From positions 576,001 through 640,000 of the forward strand of contig CAVSFC010000002.1 in NCBI GenBank assembly GCA_963727255.1: a stretch of DNA of 64,000 bases, given 5' to 3'. A program made the translations under genes and the position numbers. The notes below the pieces were generated by a model that saw nothing but the letters and a program-made list of their open reading frames with translations, was not told the origin of the DNA and did no database searches. Positions 46,480-57,689 of the stretch are shown here, piece after piece (within the stretch, counting starts at the first letter, position 1; every line of letters begins with the position of its first letter). The stretch comes from an uncultured bacterium (GTDB lineage: Bacteria; Babelota; Babeliae; Babelales; Vermiphilaceae).

Positions 46480-46602
46480 TAGGATTCCTTTTATTAAAGT
46501 ATTTCAATGGAAGCGTAAAAATTCTTTATAATAAGATCAATAAAATTCTTCGATACGAAAGCATTTTGTTCCACTCAGGATGATTTAATTTAGGAGATAC
46601 TG

Positions 46603-47226
46603 GTGAATACCGTTACTGAAAAAGGAAAGATTCGTCTATTTATAGCGCTCGATCTTCCTTTAGTGAATGATCAAAATGAGCCGATTCAGTTTGCTAATGC
46701 CCAATTGCTCATCAGCCAAGCGGTAGCCAATTTTCGGCCGGTCAAAAATTTTCATGTCACATTAGTATTTATCGGATCTGTTAATGAATCGCTGGTGCCG
46801 GCAATAAAGATTGCTATTGAGCGAGCTGTTGCGCAATTTAGCAATGAACAAAAGCAAGGGCTTATTAATGGTATCGGCCAATTGATGCTCAAACCAGGCG
46901 CGGCAATTATGGGCAAAAATGCGGTTGCACTTTCATTGATCGATAATTATTTGATTGAATCCCTGATTGCAACGTTGCTTACAGTTTTTCAGCAATATCA
47001 GATTCCGCATGCTGAGCGGCATGAAGGGCTCAACTTGCATGTTACTATTGGAAGAGTTCCAATCGATGTTAAAAAACAGATCGATACAAAACGCTTTTTG
47101 GATTTGCTGCCAGCGCCGATTGGCGGGCGCGCGCAATTGAATGAAACATTCACTGCAAGCACAATCACGTTGTATGAATCTCATCCAAATAGTGAATATA
47201 CTCCCTTGGCTACATTTAAAATCTGA
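46603..47226 (+). CDS. thpR: RNA 2',3'-cyclic phosphodiesterase (2H family)
   Basis: RLFIAL, HVTL, HVTIGR, LYES. Confidence 0.82.
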   Translation: MNTVTEKGKIRLFIALDLPLVNDQNEPIQFANAQLLISQAVANFRPVKNFHVTLVFIGSVNESLVPAIKIAIERAVAQFSNEQKQGLINGIGQLMLKPGAAIMGKNAVALSLIDNYLIESLIATLLTVFQQYQIPHAERHEGLNLHVTIGRVPIDVKKQIDTKRFLDLLPAPIGGRAQLNETFTASTITLYESHPNSEYTPLATFKI

Positions 47227-47302
47227 TATCATTTTTGAAAAAAATATTGTATGATGATTCTAGTTGAATTACATCAATCGCTTTTATCAAAAAGGTACAT
47301 CT

Positions 47303-47587
47303 ATGAAGAAGGCATTGCTTCTTTCTCTTTTATTGATTGGAATGGCAAATACCGTTGTGGGCACTGATTCCAGATCAACACTGATTAAATATTATGATGT
47401 TGGTATTAATGCTACAATAACAGCACTATTGGGATACGCAGTCTATACGCTGCTTAACACTCCCCGCGAAAAGCCGGAATATCAAGCAGATATTCCAACG
47501 CTGATGTTTAGTGCGGCGGTTGGCTATTTTGGATGGCGCACCTATCAATCTGCAAAAATTACGCAGGATGCTATAGAGAACGCTTAA
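47303..47587 (+). CDS. Small secreted/membrane hypothetical protein
   Basis: Signal peptide plus two TM. Confidence 0.65.
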   Translation: MKKALLLSLLLIGMANTVVGTDSRSTLIKYYDVGINATITALLGYAVYTLLNTPREKPEYQADIPTLMFSAAVGYFGWRTYQSAKITQDAIENA

Positions 47588-47609
47588 TCTATACAGCAAG
47601 TGCAAATAA

Positions 47610-47641
47610 AAAAGGGAAAGCTTTCAAAGGCTTTCCCTTTT
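47610..47641. terminator. Bidirectional intrinsic terminator
   Basis: AAAAGGGAAAGC / GCTTTCCCTTTT between convergent genes. Confidence 0.75.
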
Positions 47642-47662
47642 AGTTTTAGTTCGAGAATAAGC

Positions 47663-48109
47663 TTAGTTATTGATATTATTGAAATCGTTCCACGCGCTTT
47701 TTAAGTGATAACTGCCAAGAAGCACACTTGCTATACTTGCAGCGCCAATTCCAATATAAAGAGGGGGAAGAACATCGGATGGTTTTATTTCTAAATTGTT
47801 GACATAGCCTGCATATCGATACGGCTGGTAAGCATGAGGTGAATTGACCACATCTATTGAAAGGCTACCTGCTGCATTTACGTTCAAGCGACTAATCTCA
47901 TTCTGTTTGCTTGCAATCCATAACGCTGCACAAGGAAGTGCGAGGCCCGTTGCGATCTCAGCTAATCCTAGCGTTGCTTTTCCGGTAGCAAGAATTGCTC
48001 TGCCGGTAACTTTCGCTGCTTGTTTAAATGTGATAGCCGAAGCGGGGGTTGCTATAAATGCATTTGCTGCAACGAGCAATGCGAGTGAAAAAAATAATTT
48101 ATTTTTCAT
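47663..48109 (-). CDS. Small secreted Ala-rich hydrophobic protein, similar architecture to 38518-38886
   Basis: Signal peptide; LATGKAT vs PTLKAT; LLGSYHLKSAWND vs ILGSWLVKSAYDD. Confidence 0.7.
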   Translation of the reverse strand: MKNKLFFSLALLVAANAFIATPASAITFKQAAKVTGRAILATGKATLGLAEIATGLALPCAALWIASKQNEISRLNVNAAGSLSIDVVNSPHAYQPYRYAGYVNNLEIKPSDVLPPLYIGIGAASIASVLLGSYHLKSAWNDFNNINN

Positions 48110-48126
48110 AATTAATCCCTAAGAAT

Positions 48127-48414
48127 TTATTTATTTGAAGTGTAATGACGATATACCAAATACCAAGGTAACGCCCAGGCTGACATGCCTAATGCATGGC
48201 CCGTTATTAAAGATGCATGCTCGCTCATTGACATTGTCCCGGGTAGCCCATAATTAAATGCGGCAACAAATTGGCCAATAATGGGAATTGCCCCAGTTAT
48301 TAATCCAAAGGCAAAAGCCTCTTTTCTATTTGATTCACGAGCAAAAGTTGGTTGCGAAAGGGCTGTCAACATCATCAACAGAAGAGAAAGTGAAAAAAAT
48401 CGTTTTATTTGCAT
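48127..48414 (-). CDS. Small secreted hydrophobic protein
   Basis: GGAGG RBS; signal peptide. Confidence 0.65.
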   Translation of the reverse strand: MQIKRFFSLSLLLMMLTALSQPTFARESNRKEAFAFGLITGAIPIIGQFVAAFNYGLPGTMSMSEHASLITGHALGMSAWALPWYLVYRHYTSNK

Positions 48415-48578
48415 ATAACCTCCAATTGATTCGAACTATGAGATACTTTTAATATGGCAAAAACCATGAAAAAGTCCATCAAAAGGCCCTAAAACCCGGT
48501 AATTTCCCCTCTTTTCTTGCTATAAAATTACAGATTGTAATAAAATGATAGTAGGGAAGAGAACTCTAAGGGGGAGCC

Positions 48579-49526
48579 ATGAAGGGATTAGGGGGTATAA
48601 TACTCGGTTTTTGCCTTTTGCCAGTTGCACTGCAGGCATATCTCTATGATATTAAGGCCTTGCGTAAATGGCACCCGGAATATAACCGATACCATTATTT
48701 TATTGGCTGTTGCGATTTTCATGATAAAACCCATGTTGCCAACCCGATCCAAAGAAAACGTATTGAAGAATTATTACCTGCCTATGATCCGGCAAGCGTG
48801 CTTGTGCTTGTAGAAGATCTGAGTTCGCCTAATGATACGGGCCGTTTAGGATGTGGTTCCTATTTTATTAATTCTCGAGTAGGCATCTTGGCAGGGCTTG
48901 GAAGCTATTGCAAGGATTGCCATATTCCTTTTACCAATGTTGAATATCGCTATTGCCGCGTAGTTGCCCTTGGCCCGGTGATAAATAATCTGAGTGCAGA
49001 TCCGAGCGCATTTCCTTCAACGAAGCGCATGACTGTTTCCCATTTAATGCAAGAAATTGAGCAGACGTATAATGATCTTTTATTTAGCAGTATGACTAGC
49101 AGCTTTAAAAATCAATTTATGGAAATTTCGCGCACGGTGAATAAATCAATGGAAAATCTTAATCTCATGAATAATCATCAAAAATCAATCGCAGAATATC
49201 TGGCGAGCACTACAACGCCTGCTAATCGGCTTGAAGTAGTAAAAAATTTACTCACCTTCGATGGCATTTTAATTGGATTTAAACTTGTCGATGCAACTAT
49301 TAAGGCATCAGAGAAAGAAAAAGTGATTGCATTTGCCGGTGGCACGCATATTACTGAAGCATATGATCTGCTCCAAAAAATTGATAATTGGGAGCCGGTA
49401 AGCCATTCGGAGCTTTCAACTATCAAGGCATCGATTGCTCGCGGTATTGGTGCGAATGTTGTTGAATCTAAAGGCAAGCCGCAACCGATTTCGCTTGAAC
49501 TGATCGATCATTATTTGAATAGGTAG
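48579..49526 (+). CDS. Secreted hypothetical protein
   Basis: 315 aa; DFH, VED, AGGTH motifs, possibly a metal-dependent enzyme. Confidence 0.7.
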   Translation: MKGLGGIILGFCLLPVALQAYLYDIKALRKWHPEYNRYHYFIGCCDFHDKTHVANPIQRKRIEELLPAYDPASVLVLVEDLSSPNDTGRLGCGSYFINSRVGILAGLGSYCKDCHIPFTNVEYRYCRVVALGPVINNLSADPSAFPSTKRMTVSHLMQEIEQTYNDLLFSSMTSSFKNQFMEISRTVNKSMENLNLMNNHQKSIAEYLASTTTPANRLEVVKNLLTFDGILIGFKLVDATIKASEKEKVIAFAGGTHITEAYDLLQKIDNWEPVSHSELSTIKASIARGIGANVVESKGKPQPISLELIDHYLNR

Positions 49527-49528
49527 CA

Positions 49529-50446
49529 TCACCAATAAAAATTCTTGGTCAAATAAGCGCGCCCCGAATCGCCAAAAATTATTACGCCCATATCGCCATC
49601 GTTAAAATGCCTTTTTGCATATTCATAGGCGGCATAGGCAACAGCGCCACTGCTCGGGCCAATCAGCAAGCCATATTTGCTTGCCATTGTTTTAAGCATC
49701 CCCAGTGCATGATCATCAGAGATTGGCAAATAATCATCAATGACTGATTTATTTAATACCGGAGTTTCAAAATCGATGCCCATGCCTTCCACTTTATAGG
49801 GCTTTGGATTGCCTTTTGTGGTGCGCCAAGAAGTATCAGAATCAACTGCCAAAACTTTTACGTTTTTATTTTTTTCTTTTAAATATTTGCCAACGCCGCT
49901 AATCGTTCCGCCAGTGCCCGCTGCAGCAAAATAATGGGTAACGTTACCTTCAGTTTGATTCCACACTTCGGGTGCCAGTGATCGGTAATGCGCTTCAGCA
50001 TTTTGCACATTAAAATATTGATTGAGCATAATGGCGTTGGGAGTTTTATTAAGAATCGCAACCGCTTGGCTGTGATAACTGCGCGGATCTTCAATGAATG
50101 AGGTTGAAGGGCACATCACCACTTCAGCACCATATGCTTTAATGGTCTGATGTTTTTCTTGGCTAATTTTTTCAGAAACAGTAACAATTGCTTTATATCC
50201 TTTGATGGCAGCAATCATCGCAGTTGCAGCGCCTTGATTCCCTGATGATGCTTCAATAATCGTGCCCCCTGGCTTAAGTGCACCGGTGCGCTCGGCTTCT
50301 TCGATCATAAAAAGTGCAGAGCGATCTTTTACGCTGCCGCCTGGATTTAAATATTCTAATTTTGCATAGATTGATCCGGGTATATCGAAAGGTATTTTAA
50401 TTAATGGCGTATTGCCTATCGCATGGAGAAGCGAAGCATGTCTCAT
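49529..50446 (-). CDS. Cysteine synthase/cystathionine beta-synthase family PLP enzyme
   Basis: IGNTPL, KLEYLNPGGSVKDR, SSGNQG, GTGGT, EGMG, SSG, DSGRAYL. Confidence 0.93.
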   Translation of the reverse strand: MRHASLLHAIGNTPLIKIPFDIPGSIYAKLEYLNPGGSVKDRSALFMIEEAERTGALKPGGTIIEASSGNQGAATAMIAAIKGYKAIVTVSEKISQEKHQTIKAYGAEVVMCPSTSFIEDPRSYHSQAVAILNKTPNAIMLNQYFNVQNAEAHYRSLAPEVWNQTEGNVTHYFAAAGTGGTISGVGKYLKEKNKNVKVLAVDSDTSWRTTKGNPKPYKVEGMGIDFETPVLNKSVIDDYLPISDDHALGMLKTMASKYGLLIGPSSGAVAYAAYEYAKRHFNDGDMGVIIFGDSGRAYLTKNFYW

Positions 50447-50638
50447 TTTTTTCCTTACAGATATTCAATGAAGAAATATAAATTTTATTCGTTTAAAGAA
50501 TAATGTAATTATTGTGTGATCTCAAGGAAAGAAATATTAAATAGAGCCTATATATTTTTTCCGGATATTTGTTTATTATTACTGTCAACTGAAATTTTTT
50601 TGTGCGATAGATTTTTATTTTTACATACTAAGGATTTT

Positions 50639-51121
50639 ATGAAACGATTAGCATTGCTTGCGGTACTTCTTTTTACTCCTTTTACTTTCCATGCTAATCC
50701 TCGCGAGGATTTACTATATGCGATAACCGAAAGTGATTATGAGAGCTTTATGAAGATCTATAATAGTAACAATTTTTCGCAAGAATCGCTGAGGAATTTT
50801 AATGATTTAGCAAATCGTATGATCATGGTCCGTGGAGAATGGATGACCATGCATGCATTCTATCCTCAGGTGGGCAAAGATCTTTTTTATGCAGCACTTT
50901 GGGGATTCGCGGGTGCAGGCATTATTAGCTTGACGGATGAAAAAAATCATTCATTTGATGAATCTGCAAAACCGAATGATGCTGCTAAGGCCGCTGCACT
51001 TCTTATCGGATTACCATGCTTGGTCTTTTGTATTAAAAATATCCTAGCCGCTTTTCAAAGACCAAAAGTTTTATTAACTGATGCAATTCGCATAAAAGAT
51101 GCATTGGCGATGCACGAATAG
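50639..51121 (+). CDS. Secreted/membrane hypothetical protein
   Basis: AAGGA RBS; signal peptide plus two TM. Confidence 0.65.
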   Translation: MKRLALLAVLLFTPFTFHANPREDLLYAITESDYESFMKIYNSNNFSQESLRNFNDLANRMIMVRGEWMTMHAFYPQVGKDLFYAALWGFAGAGIISLTDEKNHSFDESAKPNDAAKAAALLIGLPCLVFCIKNILAAFQRPKVLLTDAIRIKDALAMHE

Positions 51122-51251
51122 ATTTTTTTACATTTTTATTACGCTGTTTTTCTCAATGCGCGGGATCATGGTTCGAGCTTAGATTTGTAACAAACTAGAG
51201 AAGAAATGATAAAGCTGCAAGAAATGGCACAGAGTTATCGGTTTGGCCAAT

Positions 51252-51281
51252 AAAGAAGCCGCTCTTGCGAACGGCTTCTTT
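51252..51281. terminator. Bidirectional intrinsic terminator
   Basis: AAAGAAGCCG / CGGCTTCTTT. Confidence 0.7.
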
Positions 51282-51310
51282 TAGTTGTAAAGGCTTTTAA
51301 GATTCTTAAA

Positions 51311-51742
51311 TTATTTATAGAGCATTTCACTGTGATAATCTCTGGGAGCATTGGCTTGTTTTATCTTCCAAATAATCCCTGCAGTTATTAAACTAGCAGC
51401 GCCTAATCCGGCGATCATTTTTTTATTGCGTGAAATAAATGATGCTTGCTCAGGGGCTGGCGGTGTTGCTTGTTTTGCTTTGGCTTTAAAAGCGGGAGCT
51501 TGAGGTATTTTTTGTAATTCTGATGTTCTAGCCCTAGTTATCTCATTCTTCAGTTGTTCTAATTCATTTAGTAGCTGAGTTTTTTCATATTCTTTGGAAT
51601 GGATTGAATCGAGACTTCTTGAACGGGCTATTCGAGTGATTTGGCGTCTTTCATCTTTATTTTTTTCTACTATTTCCATGCCAACTATTGGCGTGATTAA
51701 GAAGCAGGTTAAAACTGCTAATGAAATTTTAAATAGATTCAT
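51311..51742 (-). CDS. Secreted protein with C-terminal TM (tail anchor-like)
   Basis: ...PIVG-MEI; C-terminal MIAGLGAASLITAGIIWK. Confidence 0.7.
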   Translation of the reverse strand: MNLFKISLAVLTCFLITPIVGMEIVEKNKDERRQITRIARSRSLDSIHSKEYEKTQLLNELEQLKNEITRARTSELQKIPQAPAFKAKAKQATPPAPEQASFISRNKKMIAGLGAASLITAGIIWKIKQANAPRDYHSEMLYK

Positions 51743-51860
51743 GTAATTCCTTAAATAATTTTTTTATAAAATCACTATCATAATTTATGATATATTTAAA
51801 ACAAATTCAGTCAATGGTAAATATAGATAGTATTTTTGCAAATAGAAATTTTGGGCAGGT

Positions 51861-53664
51861 TTATAGGCTCTCTTGTACCTGTTGTTGCCATAACTTTGCA
51901 TATAACCCATTCTTTTCAAGTAACTCCGCATGGGTCCCTTGCTCAGCGATAACCCCATGATCGAGCACGATGATCATATCAGCATTGACCACCGTTGAAA
52001 GGCGATGGGCAATAGTGAGCGTTGTTGCGCCAACTGAAATCTCATCAAGATTATTTTGAATTTCTCGTTCGGTGTGCGTATCGAGTGCCGAAGTTGCTTC
52101 ATCAAAAATATAGATTGCTGGTTTTTTGAGCAATACTCGTGCGATGGCAATGCGCTGCTTTTCGCCGCCAGATAATTTTAATCCTCGTTCGCCCACTTCA
52201 GTGGTATAGCCATCTGGCAATCGTTTAATAAATTTATCTAAATGCGCCATTGCGATTACATTCTCGATCTCTTCTTTACTTGCATGCGGATTGCCATACG
52301 CAATATTATAATAAAGCGTATTATTAAAAAGGACAGTATCTTGCGGCACAATGCCGATTGCCCTATGCAATGATTTTTGTTTAATCGTGCGAATATCATG
52401 ACCATTAATTTGTATGCTGCCGCCAGTTACATCATAAAAGCGATATAATAAACGCGCAATGGTTGATTTGCCAGACCCGGTCGCGCCGACGACTGCAACA
52501 CTGTTTGCCTGCAGGAACTTTAAATGAGATTCCTTTTAAGATGCGGCGACGCTCATCATAGTCAAATTGCACATTATCAAAGGTGATTTCTGCATTTTCT
52601 ATTTTGATATCTTTTGCATCGGGCATATCTTTAATTTCTGGTTTGAGTGAGAGTAGATTCATGGCGGACCCCACATCATTAAGCCCTTTGCGAATCGATC
52701 GGATGATATAGCCAAAATGATTGAGCGGATAAATAAATTGCAAAAGATACCCATTGATCAAAACAAAATCGCCAACCTTCATTTGGCCATTGAGAACTGC
52801 ATTGCCGGACATCCAGGTGAGAAAAATTAATCCAAGCCCGACAATAATATTTTGGCCAATCTGCAGCCAGCTATCATATTGATATTTGAGCACACCTGCA
52901 TCTTCTTGTTCTTGCAGAATCTCATCGCATTGCTCATGTTCAAAATGTTCATTATCAAAATATTTTACTGTTTCAATATTGAGCAATGAATCAACTAATC
53001 GGGCGCCCGCTTCTTGCCGCTTATCATTATAATCTTCTTGCACTTCGACTGATTTGCGCAATGCAAGCATCGTGAAGGCAAGATAGCCGATCATAACAAG
53101 CAAGAGCGCGCCCGCATATAAAAATCCATAGAGATAAAAAAGCAGCATAATCACAATCACCATCTCAATGAGCGTATTGATCAGGAATAAAAAGATGCCC
53201 CAAAAGATGTGATCAAGCCCATCCTCTGCCCGCTCGATGGCTGTGGTGATAGCGCCTGTTTTGCGATCAAGATGGAAACGCAGTGAAAGTTTAAGCAGAT
53301 GATCAAAAATCTTTAAGGCGAGCAATCGCATGCTCCGCTCAAGGGAGCGATAGAGCACAATTGCGCGCACTTGCAAAATAATTTGGCTTATCAGCCATAG
53401 TGCTCCATAGGCAATTAAGATCACCGAAATTAATTTAATTGGCTGTGGCGTGCATAGTGAAAGTGCGTTCACAATTTTTCTGAAAAATAATGGTAAGGAA
53501 ACATTGAGTATAATCATGATTGCAGAAAAAAATAGTGATGCGACCACCCGCATTCGCATCTTCCATTCGCGAACCCACAAAAAGGGCCAAAGCCGCATGA
53601 GTAATTTGAAAGTTTTAAATTTTTGATTATGATTTGCCGGCATACGCGATTCTCCCTGGATCAT
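51861..53664 (-). CDS. ABC exporter, ATM1/HMT1 (ABCB7-like), frameshift near 52490
   Basis: LSLRFHLDRKTG, DSLLNIETVKYF, PLNHFG, GSGKST, VGERGLKLSGGEKQR, DEATSALD. Confidence 0.92.
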
Positions 53665-53785
53665 GCGATTTGATCATTAATTTTTATTGGAAATTTTGCG
53701 CTCACATTATATTTTAAGAATTTTACTCTAAACTATACAGTATCTATTTAATTTACATTTAGAAAAATTCATCATAGGGATATTT

Positions 53786-55180
53786 ATGCATAATAAAATC
53801 ATCGTTTTAGCAGCTGGCATCTTTGGAGTATTATGTGCAAGCGAACCCGTAGCAATTAAATTTCCCCAAGATATAAAAGCATATATCATCAGTTTTATTA
53901 AAGAGTCGACAAAAACACGCACTTTAAGGACATTTAAAAATCTCAATCTCATTAATAAAGAATGGAATCAAACGCTTGCCGATCCCTATATTTTTAAACA
54001 ACTGGTTATCCAGTTGGTAGACCAGGAAGGTAAGCTTGATGAACAGTGGATTAGAAAAGAAATGGGTAATATGAAAGGTTATGAATCTGAAGTGGTTCAA
54101 AATTGGTTAAAGCAATTAATTCAACAAAGATACCAGTTAATTGAAGCTATAGAAAAAGATGATGGGCAAACGGTTGCGGAAATTCTTAATCAAAATAAGA
54201 TCTTGATGTATAAAGAATTGAGTGGTGGTGAATATCCTATTAAGAGAGCACTCAATAAAAGCAAGCAATCAGTTTTAAAAGTATTACTTAATTTTAATGG
54301 ACGGGATTTTAATCATAAATTGCAGCAAGTATTGAAATCGGTTTCACATCGTAACGTATCTTTTATTTGTGAATTTTTTGCAAAGATTGCTGCGGCAGAC
54401 TCAGCCCATGATACTGAATGGGAGCAAATATTTAAAAACTTGAACATTTTTAAAGAATTGGTTGCTTGTATTGCTAAAAAGAGTGGCAATTATGATGTAG
54501 TTCTGATTGCAAATAGGTTAATTACTTCAAGTAAAACCCAACATCCTGAAATCCTACAATGGCTTATAGCACTCAAAGAGCAAAGCGTACAAGAAAAACT
54601 TTTATTTCAAGCAGTAAAAGACGATAATTCACAACAAATTGAAAAACTTGTTACAGAGCAGAAAGTTAACATTAATGCGAGGGATGCATATAATAGTACT
54701 CCTCTTTTCAAGGCCGCATCAGGAGATAAGTTTAACGCAGTTCAGACATTATTAAAGTTGCAAGCTGCTGTTGACTTGCCAGATATGCATGATGGCAGCC
54801 CATTAAAACGTGCTGCAAGTAAAAACCATTTAAATATTGTGAAAGCATTGCTTGCTGCTGGCGCAGATCCCAATCGCGCAGATGCTGAAGATTTCACGGG
54901 TCTTATGAATGCGGCAGAGGGGGGAAATTATGGCGTATGCGAAGCCTTGATTGCTGCCGGCGCACAGTTGAATTTGCAAGAGAGATATGGAGCTACAGCC
55001 CTTATGCATGCGGTTGAGCGTAAAAATTTTAATCTCACTGAGCTTTTATTAAAAAACGGTGCCTACCCACATATAAGGGATTACCATGGGCAATCAGCAT
55101 TTTCGATTGCCAAAATGAATGGGGATGCGCTCATGATTAATCTCCTGCAGAAGTACAAGAGCGCTTCTCAAAATAAATAA
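53786..55180 (+). CDS. Secreted F-box-like plus ankyrin-repeat protein
   Basis: FPQDIKAYIISFI...LNLINKEWN; about 5 ankyrin repeats (TPLFKAA, SPLKRAA, TGLMNAA, TALMHAV). Confidence 0.85.
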   Translation: MHNKIIVLAAGIFGVLCASEPVAIKFPQDIKAYIISFIKESTKTRTLRTFKNLNLINKEWNQTLADPYIFKQLVIQLVDQEGKLDEQWIRKEMGNMKGYESEVVQNWLKQLIQQRYQLIEAIEKDDGQTVAEILNQNKILMYKELSGGEYPIKRALNKSKQSVLKVLLNFNGRDFNHKLQQVLKSVSHRNVSFICEFFAKIAAADSAHDTEWEQIFKNLNIFKELVACIAKKSGNYDVVLIANRLITSSKTQHPEILQWLIALKEQSVQEKLLFQAVKDDNSQQIEKLVTEQKVNINARDAYNSTPLFKAASGDKFNAVQTLLKLQAAVDLPDMHDGSPLKRAASKNHLNIVKALLAAGADPNRADAEDFTGLMNAAEGGNYGVCEALIAAGAQLNLQERYGATALMHAVERKNFNLTELLLKNGAYPHIRDYHGQSAFSIAKMNGDALMINLLQKYKSASQNK

Positions 55181-55235
55181 TGAAATTAAAGAAAGTTTGG
55201 TAGGAACCGATATTCTCATGCGCGCGTTAAAATAT

Positions 55236-56570
55236 TCAAGGAATGCGCGATGCTCGTAAGGTGGCCATAAGTGATTCTGCTTGAGCGCATAAGGATGACG
55301 ATATTTTTTGCTCAGAAACAATCTTAAAATGCTCGTGCGCCTCTTGTAATTGCGTATCATCGGTTGCAAGAAGCTTTGCTAATTCATAGTGAGCGTATAT
55401 TTTCTCAGCAGGTAAAACTGATTCATTCTCAATAAAATGCTCATAGCAATATCGCGCAATTTCAATGTCTTTTTCGATTGCGGCGACGCTTTTTTTACCC
55501 GAAAATAATTGGGCCAAAGCCCAAAGGGCGTCCGCTTTGGCGGATTTAAAAGTATCTTGGAATACTACGGGTAACAAAAAGCTTATATATAATGAATAAT
55601 TTTCTTTTAACCAATAAATATCGGCTAACTTTTGATGTGCAGAAATCCAGAGGCTTTGCTCAGGATTAATCTCTTTATCTTCAATAACTTCCTTAAGATA
55701 GGAAATCGCTTTTTCAGCATTTTGCGGAACACCTTTTCCATATTGGTGCGCGTGAGCGAACCCAATACAGCTATGCCAACGAGCGACTAAAAAGGAGTTT
55801 TGATTATATGCCTTTTGCCAGCAGTCTAATGCAAATTGATAGTCGTGTTGGTTCTTAGGTAGGCTTTCACTATACAGTAGGCCAAGTCCAACGTATGAAA
55901 GGGCTTGGGCTTTTTTATTATGATCTTGAGCTGCGCCATTTCTAAAATGCTGCTCGCTGTATTTTAAATTCTTTGGGATGTAAGCTCCGCGAAGATATGC
56001 TATTGCCAGGCTTGGGAGCCAGATTGGATTTTGTTTTACCTCTTGCGGATCATGGAATACCAAGAATAATGAATTTAGCGTGATTCTCAATTTATCAGGA
56101 GTCATCAAATTCTGCGCATTTCCTATGTAGAAAAATTCAGAAGCGGTATCGTTAATAGCAAAATAGTTTATATCTTCAGCAGTTGCTATATGCACCCCAT
56201 TTACCGGATTAATCGGATTATCTATCTCATTGCTCGAAGGGAGGAGCATACCATTAAAAAGCCATTTATTAAGTATTTCAGCAGAAAAAGAGTGTTCAAA
56301 AGTCTTATTGTTTTTTCGAGTAAACAGATATGCCAAGATAAAACCCCGTTTATCTTGCTCTTGGCGCTTGATAAGCCGTATAAATTTTTCTTTGCATATA
56401 GGTTCAATTTCGCTTAAATTTACGTTTCTTTGGAATGCCGGCTTTCCATCCTTACCCGGAAAATTAAGGACTTTTTTAAGAGCGCTGGTAACCTCTTTAT
56501 CAGGCTTTTTCATGGAAAGAAGGGGGGCCGAGAATACCAGAAAGAAAGAGAGAGCTGCTTGATAATTCAT
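55236..56570 (-). CDS. Secreted Sel1/TPR-repeat protein
   Basis: AYLRGAYIPKN, YGKGVPQNAEKAISY, EKDIEIARYCY. Confidence 0.8.
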   Translation of the reverse strand: MNYQAALSFFLVFSAPLLSMKKPDKEVTSALKKVLNFPGKDGKPAFQRNVNLSEIEPICKEKFIRLIKRQEQDKRGFILAYLFTRKNNKTFEHSFSAEILNKWLFNGMLLPSSNEIDNPINPVNGVHIATAEDINYFAINDTASEFFYIGNAQNLMTPDKLRITLNSLFLVFHDPQEVKQNPIWLPSLAIAYLRGAYIPKNLKYSEQHFRNGAAQDHNKKAQALSYVGLGLLYSESLPKNQHDYQFALDCWQKAYNQNSFLVARWHSCIGFAHAHQYGKGVPQNAEKAISYLKEVIEDKEINPEQSLWISAHQKLADIYWLKENYSLYISFLLPVVFQDTFKSAKADALWALAQLFSGKKSVAAIEKDIEIARYCYEHFIENESVLPAEKIYAHYELAKLLATDDTQLQEAHEHFKIVSEQKISSSLCAQAESLMATLRASRIP

Positions 56571-56688
56571 ATCGGTTTTTCCTAATTAAGATTAAATAAG
56601 GAATATTCTTAATGGATATTTATAGAAGTATAATTAAATAATGTTATTCTAAAAAGCAATCTATTAGGGACTTTTGATGAGATATTGT

Positions 56689-57669
56689 ATGCCACAATTA
56701 TTGAAAAAAATTATTTTTCTTACTCTTGTATTCGTAAGCTTCTCTGGTACTCAAATAAGGCCCGAAGTAATGCATACTGATTCTGAATTAGATTTTAAGG
56801 AAAAGGTGCGAAATCGAATTGTGTGGGGCGGTTCGCATGCTCAAGAGGAATTTATTCGTTGTATTCAACAGCAGGATCCTGAATGTATCAAAAATATTCC
56901 CATTTCTTCTAAGGCCTCGGTGTTACAAGGGGATAGCTTGCGAGCAATCACCAAAGAATTAGCGAGTAAGCCATATCTTAAAAATAGATTGGAGATGCTG
57001 CGCGCTCTTATTGAGAAAGTGGGGAGCATACAAGAATGGTATAATAGATACCATTTTAATATTACTAATTTGAACTATCAGCCGCTTCTGGAATCGGTGA
57101 TCGGGAACAATGATGAAGCCCTTTTTGATTTTCTCCTTGCTTCAGGAATTCATCCTGATCACATTAAAAATCAGAGAGGTGAAACGCCCCTTTTTAAAGC
57201 AATACAATTTGAGCGATTGGAAATGCTTAAAAAATTAATTGCTCATGGGGCCGATATTACGATTCAAGGAAATTATCTTCAAACGCCTCTTCACTGCGCA
57301 GCGTATATGGCACTTAAAAAACCTCAGATTATCGATGAGTTAATTAAAGCTGGCGCAGATGTCAATGCGCACAATAAATTTGGTGAAACGCCGCTCCATG
57401 ATGCTGTTGGATGCCAGGCGGGTTTGTATTCGGATTCTAATATCAAAACCATTGAAGCGCTCTTGAAAAATGGCGCATGGATTGATCGCAGCCCTAACAA
57501 GAAAAAATCGCCATTAGCATATGCTGAGGGTTTGGCAGAGAGTGCATGTAAAATGCAAATGGAATGGGTTGCGCGAACGGGTAACTGGCCTTGTGCAACT
57601 GATCCTTGCAAGAAGCTGCAAGATACTATTTTGCTGATGAATGAATATCTTAAAAAAGATAATCAATAA
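56689..57669 (+). CDS. Secreted ankyrin-repeat protein
   Basis: GETPLFKAI, QTPLHCAA, GADVN, GETPLHDAV. Confidence 0.9.
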   Translation: MPQLLKKIIFLTLVFVSFSGTQIRPEVMHTDSELDFKEKVRNRIVWGGSHAQEEFIRCIQQQDPECIKNIPISSKASVLQGDSLRAITKELASKPYLKNRLEMLRALIEKVGSIQEWYNRYHFNITNLNYQPLLESVIGNNDEALFDFLLASGIHPDHIKNQRGETPLFKAIQFERLEMLKKLIAHGADITIQGNYLQTPLHCAAYMALKKPQIIDELIKAGADVNAHNKFGETPLHDAVGCQAGLYSDSNIKTIEALLKNGAWIDRSPNKKKSPLAYAEGLAESACKMQMEWVARTGNWPCATDPCKKLQDTILLMNEYLKKDNQ

Positions 57670-57689
57670 TTATTTTACTGGACCTGTAT

